Source of the DNA: an uncultured delta proteobacterium
GTDB taxonomy: Bacteria > Myxococcota > Kuafuiibacteriia > Kuafuiibacteriales > Kuafuiibacteriaceae
Assembly: GCA_963803435.1 (NCBI GenBank)
Contig: CAWDML010000005.1
Coordinates: 288,001-352,000, forward strand
DNA: 64,000 bases
Reading direction: 5' to 3'
Each line of letters starts with the position of its first letter. The first letter of the stretch is position 1. The position numbers and the translations under genes were made by a program. Below, one piece after another: positions 58,589 to 64,000 of the stretch. The notes below the pieces were generated by a model. The model had not been told where the DNA came from and did no database searches. It saw only the letters and a program-made list of their open reading frames with translations.

Positions 58589-59281
58589 ATGGCGACGCCG
58601 ACTCGCCGCGATCACCGCCTCTTTCGCGTCCTCGATCTTCTCCGTACGCGCGGCCCGCTCTCGACGGCCGCGATCGCGGAGACGCTCGGCATCTCGCAGC
58701 TCACCGCGCTCCGCGACGTTCGCGATCTCCGCTGCTCCGGCGTCCCGATCCTCGGCGACGCCGACGCGGGCCTCCGACTCGATCCCGCGTACCACCTGGC
58801 GCCGCTGTTGTTCGAGGAGGACGAGCTGTCGGCGCTGGCGCTCGGCGCGCAGGTCGTCGAGTGCTGGGGCGATCCGGACCTCGAGGTCGCCGCGCGCCGG
58901 GCGATCGAGAAGATCTGCGCCGTCCTCCCGGGCGCGTTCGGCAGCAGTCTCGAGGCGCTTCTCCCCAAGAAACCCGCGGCCGCCGAGGAGGAGGAGGTCG
59001 CCTGGCTCATCACGCTCAGAAAAGCGATCGACGCCGGTCACAAGGTCCGCCTCGAGTACATCGACGCCAAGGGGCACAAGGGCGATCGCACGGTGTGGCC
59101 GCTGGCGGTGCTCTCCGTGGGTCACGACCAGCTGGGGCTGGCGGCGTGGTGCGAGAGCCGCAAGGCGTTCCGCACGTTCCGCATCGATCGGATCCAGCGC
59201 GCGGTCGAGCTCGACGAAGCGTTTCCGCCCAAGGACGGCCGGACATTGAACGACGACCTCAAGAGCCGCGGCCCCGCGTAA
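58589..59281 (+). CDS. HTH-WYL transcriptional regulator (YafY-like)
   Basis: N-terminal wHTH (IAETLGISQLTALRDVRDL); WYL domain RTVWPL...AWCESRKAFRTFRIDRI. Confidence 0.92.
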   Translation: MATPTRRDHRLFRVLDLLRTRGPLSTAAIAETLGISQLTALRDVRDLRCSGVPILGDADAGLRLDPAYHLAPLLFEEDELSALALGAQVVECWGDPDLEVAARRAIEKICAVLPGAFGSSLEALLPKKPAAAEEEEVAWLITLRKAIDAGHKVRLEYIDAKGHKGDRTVWPLAVLSVGHDQLGLAAWCESRKAFRTFRIDRIQRAVELDEAFPPKDGRTLNDDLKSRGPA

Positions 59282-59376
59282 CTTGCAACCTCTGCATCTG
59301 TCACACGCGGCCTCGTGTCGTTCTCCCGGCCGAGTGAACGTCCAGGCCTGGTCCGGCCGTTGCATTCGGTCGCGCC

Positions 59377-60279
59377 ATGATCGCGGGTGCCCGAAGCGCT
59401 GTGTCCCCCAACACGGCGATCGCCAGCCAGATGCTGACGTTTTGGGATCAGAGCTGGGGCAAGAATCTGGTCGCCTCGGTCCTCGCGTTCGTCTGGATCG
59501 GTGCCGGTGGCTACTCGCTGCTCCCTATCGGCCTCCTGATCGCGCTGCAGCTGATGTTGCCCGCCATCCCCGGCTGGAGCCTCTGGCGAAGGCTGAGGTT
59601 CGCCGGCCGCCGTTCCGTGATCCTGGTTGCCTTGGCGGCCGGGTCGTTCTTCTTCGCCCACATCCAGCTCGGTGTGCTGCACCCCGACGGTGCCATCGTC
59701 TACGGGCGCCCGCAGTTCCTGGTGCCCACGTCTGCCGGATGGCTCGCCGCCGAGCACAAGGACCGCCTCTCCACACGCCACCAGGCCTGCGCCCGCGGTG
59801 ATGCGGAGTCGTGCGCGCTGCTCGGCCGCGCCTATCTCGAGGGCAAGGGCGTCGATCCGGATCCGCGCGCCGCGGTCGGCTACTTCGAGAGCGCCTGCGA
59901 CGCGGGCCACTCGCTCGCCTGTGTGAGCCTCGGCCGCATGTACAGCCGCGGGATCGGCGTCGACGCCAACCGCACCACCGCCAAGCAGCTCTACGCCGAG
60001 GCCTGCCACGCCGGCGAGCAGGTCGGCTGCCACAACCAGGGCGCGCTCCAGCTCTCCGAGGGCCACTTCACGAGCGGCATGGATGCGCTGATGCGCGCCT
60101 GCTCCCAGGACTTCGGCCGGAGCTGCTATCTGGTCGGCGAGCAGTTCCGGCTCGGCACGGGTGGCCAGCGCAAGAGCTCTCCCCGCGCGCGCGTGTGGCT
60201 GGAGAAGGCATGCCGGCTCGACGTCAAGGAAGCCTGCGATCTGGTGGCGACCGTCGCTATCAATCAGCGCCGGGGTTGA
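59377..60279 (+). CDS. Membrane protein with Cys-containing Sel1-like repeats
   Basis: N-terminal TMs; repeats AC..G...C..LG..Y..G.GV; start uncertain. Confidence 0.8.
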   Translation: MIAGARSAVSPNTAIASQMLTFWDQSWGKNLVASVLAFVWIGAGGYSLLPIGLLIALQLMLPAIPGWSLWRRLRFAGRRSVILVALAAGSFFFAHIQLGVLHPDGAIVYGRPQFLVPTSAGWLAAEHKDRLSTRHQACARGDAESCALLGRAYLEGKGVDPDPRAAVGYFESACDAGHSLACVSLGRMYSRGIGVDANRTTAKQLYAEACHAGEQVGCHNQGALQLSEGHFTSGMDALMRACSQDFGRSCYLVGEQFRLGTGGQRKSSPRARVWLEKACRLDVKEACDLVATVAINQRRG

Positions 60280-62429
60280 TCTCGTCGGGCAGCGGAATGA
60301 TCGGCGTCTTCTCGTCGTAAAGCAGCCGATAGATGCCCCAGGTCTCGATCACGCGCTTCACGTAGCCGCGCGTCTCCTTCACCGGGATCGTCTCTACCCA
60401 CCGATCGAAGGGGAGCTTGCTCTTGGGGAGGATCTTCTTCGTCAGTCCGTTGCCTCCGTTGTACGCGGACAGCGCGAGGGCCTCGGTGTCGTTCCAGCGA
60501 TCCAGCCCGGCTTTGAGCACGTGCGCGCCGAGCCGGAGGTTGAGCTCGGGATCGGTCAGCCGCTGCAGGTCGGTGAGGCGCTTCTTGTAGACGTCGGCGT
60601 AGGCGCCGATCGCGGTGGCCGGCATCAGCTGGGAGAGCCCGGTGGCGCCGGCCCAGCTCACGATCTCCGGATCGAAGGTGGACTCCTCGCGCACCAGCGC
60701 CAGCAGGAAGAGCGACTCCAGCTTTTCGGCGCCTGCGGCCGACTCGACGAGCTCGAAGTACGGGCGCGAATACGCCAGCCGCAGGATGGGGACGTTCGCG
60801 GGATCGATCGGCTTGGCCAGGAAGGTCTCGGCCCGCGTGCGAAGGAGGAGCTGAGCGTCCGGGTGGGCGCCAATCCGATCGAACGCGAGGGCCAGCGCCA
60901 CCACCTCGTCGCGGGAGAGGTCGAGGCACGACAGCCGCTGCAACTCCGCTTGCGCGAGCTGCGGCTCGCCGGCGGCGAACAAGACACGCGCGCGCGCGAG
61001 CTCGGGGCTCCCGACGATCCGCTCCGGGAGCGGGACGTCGTCGCTGTGGACCGAGACAGCCTCGAGAAGCGCCGCCCGGAGCGAGGCCGCCAGCTTCGGG
61101 TCCCGGCGCGCCAGGCCGTCGAGTGTCACCCAGGTGTAGAACGAGGGTTCGAGCACCACCTCGCGATAGAGCGCCGCCGCCTCCTGGGTCTTCTTCTGGC
61201 CCTCCAGCAGGCGGGCCCGCCAGTAGCGCGCGCGCGCCCGATCGATCGGGCGCAGCTTCGGGCGGGCCAGGATCCAGGAGAGGAGCTGGTCGGCGCGCGC
61301 GGTGTCGTTCGACTCGAGCGCGTCCAGCGCGAGGTGCCAGGCCGCCTCGGGGGTCTCGTCGCCGTCCGGGATCTCGTCGACCAGACGCTGGTACACCTTG
61401 GCCGCCTCCTTGGCGCGCCCGACCTGCTCGAGCACCTTCGCGTGGAGGAGGAGCGCGTCGTCGGCGAAGCTGTGATCCTTGTGCTCGGCCATGAACCAGT
61501 CGGCGATCGCCTTGGTCGCCTTCCACTGGCCCCGGATCTCGCGGACCTGAGCCTCGAGGAGCGCGCTCCGCTGGGCGAGAATCGATGTCGCCCTTCTTCT
61601 GGCAGCGGGCCCGGGCCTCGACGAGCGCGCCGATCGCGTTCTGGTACCGCCGCATCTTCCGGAGGGCTTTGCCTTCGAGGTAGCCGAGCTCGCACGAGAG
61701 CGCGTGCGCCGCGCCCAGCTCCTTGTCGATGGCGCGCGCCTCATCGTAGGCCTCGTCGTTGCGGTGACGCTCGAGCAGGTTGCGGATCCGCGTCATGCGC
61801 AGATCGATCGTCTTCAGGTGCTCGGCCACGGCCTTGGGGCCGAGCTGCTTTGCAAGCTGTCTTGCTTCGACGGTCTCGGCCGCCTCGGTCAGGAGCTTCG
61901 CCTCGATCTGGGACGCGCGCGGATCCTTCGCCTTGGTGAGGAGCCCGAACGCCCGGGCCAGGCCCGGCCCGTCCGGCGGCAGCTCGAGCAGCGCCTCGGC
62001 GGCCGCCTTCGGATCCCGATCGGCGAGCAGATCGGCGGCCAGGTTGCGGGCGTCGATCAACAGCAGCGGCTCGGCGTCGCAGGCCGGGGCGCGGGGACGG
62101 ACCCGCGAGAGCGCCTCGAGGGCGCGGTCCGGCTTGCCTTCTTTGGCGAGCGCGCGAGCGAGCAGCAGCGAGCGGTAGTCGTCGATCGGCGGGGCCTCGC
62201 GGGCGAGCAGACCCAGGGCCGCCGCCCCGTCGCCGGCCTCCAGCGCCTTTCGGGCGAGAAGCAACGGCTCGGCCCGCGGGTCGCTCGAGGGGACGAGATC
62301 CTCCAGGTGCCCGGTTTTCCTCGGCTCTTGGCCGCCCATCAGCAGCGGTGCCGCCGCGAGCCAGGCCAGAACCCACCTTTCTGCATAGGTCCGTACGGGA
62401 TCCGTCGATCGGTCGACTGTCTTCCTCAT
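60260..62429 (-). CDS. Soluble lytic transglycosylase with TPR-like superhelix (frameshift at ~61581)
   Basis: VREES, GLSQLMPATA, AYNGG, ETRGYV; start uncertain. Confidence 0.9.
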
Positions 62430-62491
62430 GCGTCGAGGCAAAAACCTTCCCAGTGCCTGCACGATGTCCCTATCCTAGCGCCGACGACGGA

Positions 62492-64000
62492 ATGTCGAAC
62501 CGGCGTAGATCCGAGCGATTCACGGTCGCTCTTCCTGTGACGCTAAAGGACGGGAAGGGAGGCGAGCTGACGAAGACGGCTAACGTCTCCGCACACGGCC
62601 TCGCCCTCTTCACGGCCAGCCCGCGCCCGCTCCGCCAGTACCTCGAGCTCGACATCACGCTCCCCGACAACTCGGTCCCGATCAGTATCACCGCTGTGGT
62701 CGCACGGCACGCGGACCGCCTCGAATCTCGGCAACGGGACCCGGGGCGCGGGGCTGGGGCTCGACTTCTTCCTCTTCGACGCACGCGCGAAGCAGGCCTG
62801 GACCACGTTTCTCTCCGACCTCCGTAAGAAGGGCGTGGAGCTGATCGCACCGATCCCACCCGCGCCGCCGAACGTGCTCGAGGCGGTCTTCGACGACACG
62901 CCGACCTTCATCATCAAGCCCCGCGACCTGGGCCGCCTGTGGGCGTTCTATCGGGGGGAGATGACCAAGGGACGCGTGCGGATCGAGACACCGATCCTCA
63001 AGCCGGTCGGGACGCGCGTCGAGCTCCTGGTCGTCCATCCCAGCTCTCAGGCCGAGTGGGTGCTCGAAGGGAGCATCGCCACCACCAACCAGAACGCCCG
63101 TGGCGGCCGGCCGGTCCTCGAGATCGAGCTCGACCATCTGGGCACCGAGCTCAAGGCCGAGTTCCGGAACTTCGTCGCCACCGGGCGCGGCATGATCGAG
63201 GAAGACATCTCGATGAGCATGGAGGTGCCGAGCGCGATCCCCAGCGCGGTGCCCACGTCGGGCCCGTCCGTCCGCCCGGTCAACCTCGACGCCGAGGACG
63301 TGGAGATGCCGCCCACCGTGTTGGCCGAGCCCTCGAACCCGCCGGAGCGGCCCATCGAGGAGGAGGAGTTCCGGTACGAGTCGGTCGTGATCGATCTCGA
63401 CAACCTGGGCGAGGAGGAGCTCCGCTCCGGGATCATCGATCCACCCCCGCCCCTCGAGCCGGACGAGGAAGCGACGCTCGATCGCGATCCCGATCCGCAA
63501 CCTCCGGTGCTTCGCACGTTCCAGGAGGACGACGAGGCCTCGGAGCCGACGCTGGAGCCGCACCTGCCCGAGGTCCGCGCCGATCCGATCCTGCGCGACG
63601 GCCTGGCCCTGGCGCAGCTCGAGCTCCAGCCCCTGCCCGAGCTTCCGCCCGGGTCCCAGCCGCGGCTCACGAACGAGCACCTGTTCTCTGCGTTCTTCGA
63701 AGAGGCGGCCATCGCCGAGGAGGAGCGGCGCTCGCTGGTACCGGCGCCCGCCTCGATCCGGCTCGATCGCCCGCTGCCCCTGCAGAAGCCGATCTCCTCG
63801 TCGGGGCCCGTCGTGATTGACGACCTGGTGGCGCCCAAGACCGGCATCCGTCCCATGCCCTCCAACGGACAGTCGCTCCGCGCCATGCCGCCGGAGCTCC
63901 CCGCGGGCCGGCCGCCGCCCCCGCCGCCCCTCCCCACCGGCGACGAGCCCTTCGCGCCGCTCTCGGTGGACCCCGAGATGGTGGTGGTCCGGGGGGCACC
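62492..64000 (+). CDS. PilZ-domain protein with long acidic/Pro-rich tail (frameshift at ~62725; runs off window)
   Basis: RRSER (RxxxR) and NVSAHG (D/NxSxxG); shifted frame continues GLGLDFF..., a second PilZ-like barrel and an open frame to the end. Confidence 0.8.

Overview
GC-rich bacterial window, most likely Myxococcota (inferred from MYXO-CTERM-like sorting tails, Myxococcus-type Cys-rich repeats and three Ser/Thr kinases). It mixes housekeeping genes (ktr/trk, osmC, gyrB, gloB, moeB/moaA, lspA, dacB, nagZ-like, feoAB, SLT) with many large surface or lipoproteins. Main points of interest: (1) A ~1.96-kb CTAG-bounded element (56620-58577) with ~69-bp terminal inverted repeats. Each repeat holds a small hairpin and a (GGGACC)n G-quadruplex-type motif. 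The element carries a decayed IS1182 transposase and a divergent four-helix-bundle (23S-IVP/Avd-like) gene, and sits in the apparent -10 box of a WYL regulator. (2) An 8-gene divergent locus (3850-10970) joining a DUF4266-DUF3570-TlpA-ApbE flavinylation operon to Cys-rich surface-anchored and heme-motif proteins. (3) A 3'-truncated group II intron bracketed by CTAAG direct repeats. (4) A NagZ lacking its catalytic loop. (5) Widespread leaderless-type promoters. About ten single-base frameshifts are probably long-read errors, and seven of them are A duplications in GATC or TCGA motifs. All family calls come from motif recognition by eye; no database searches were run.
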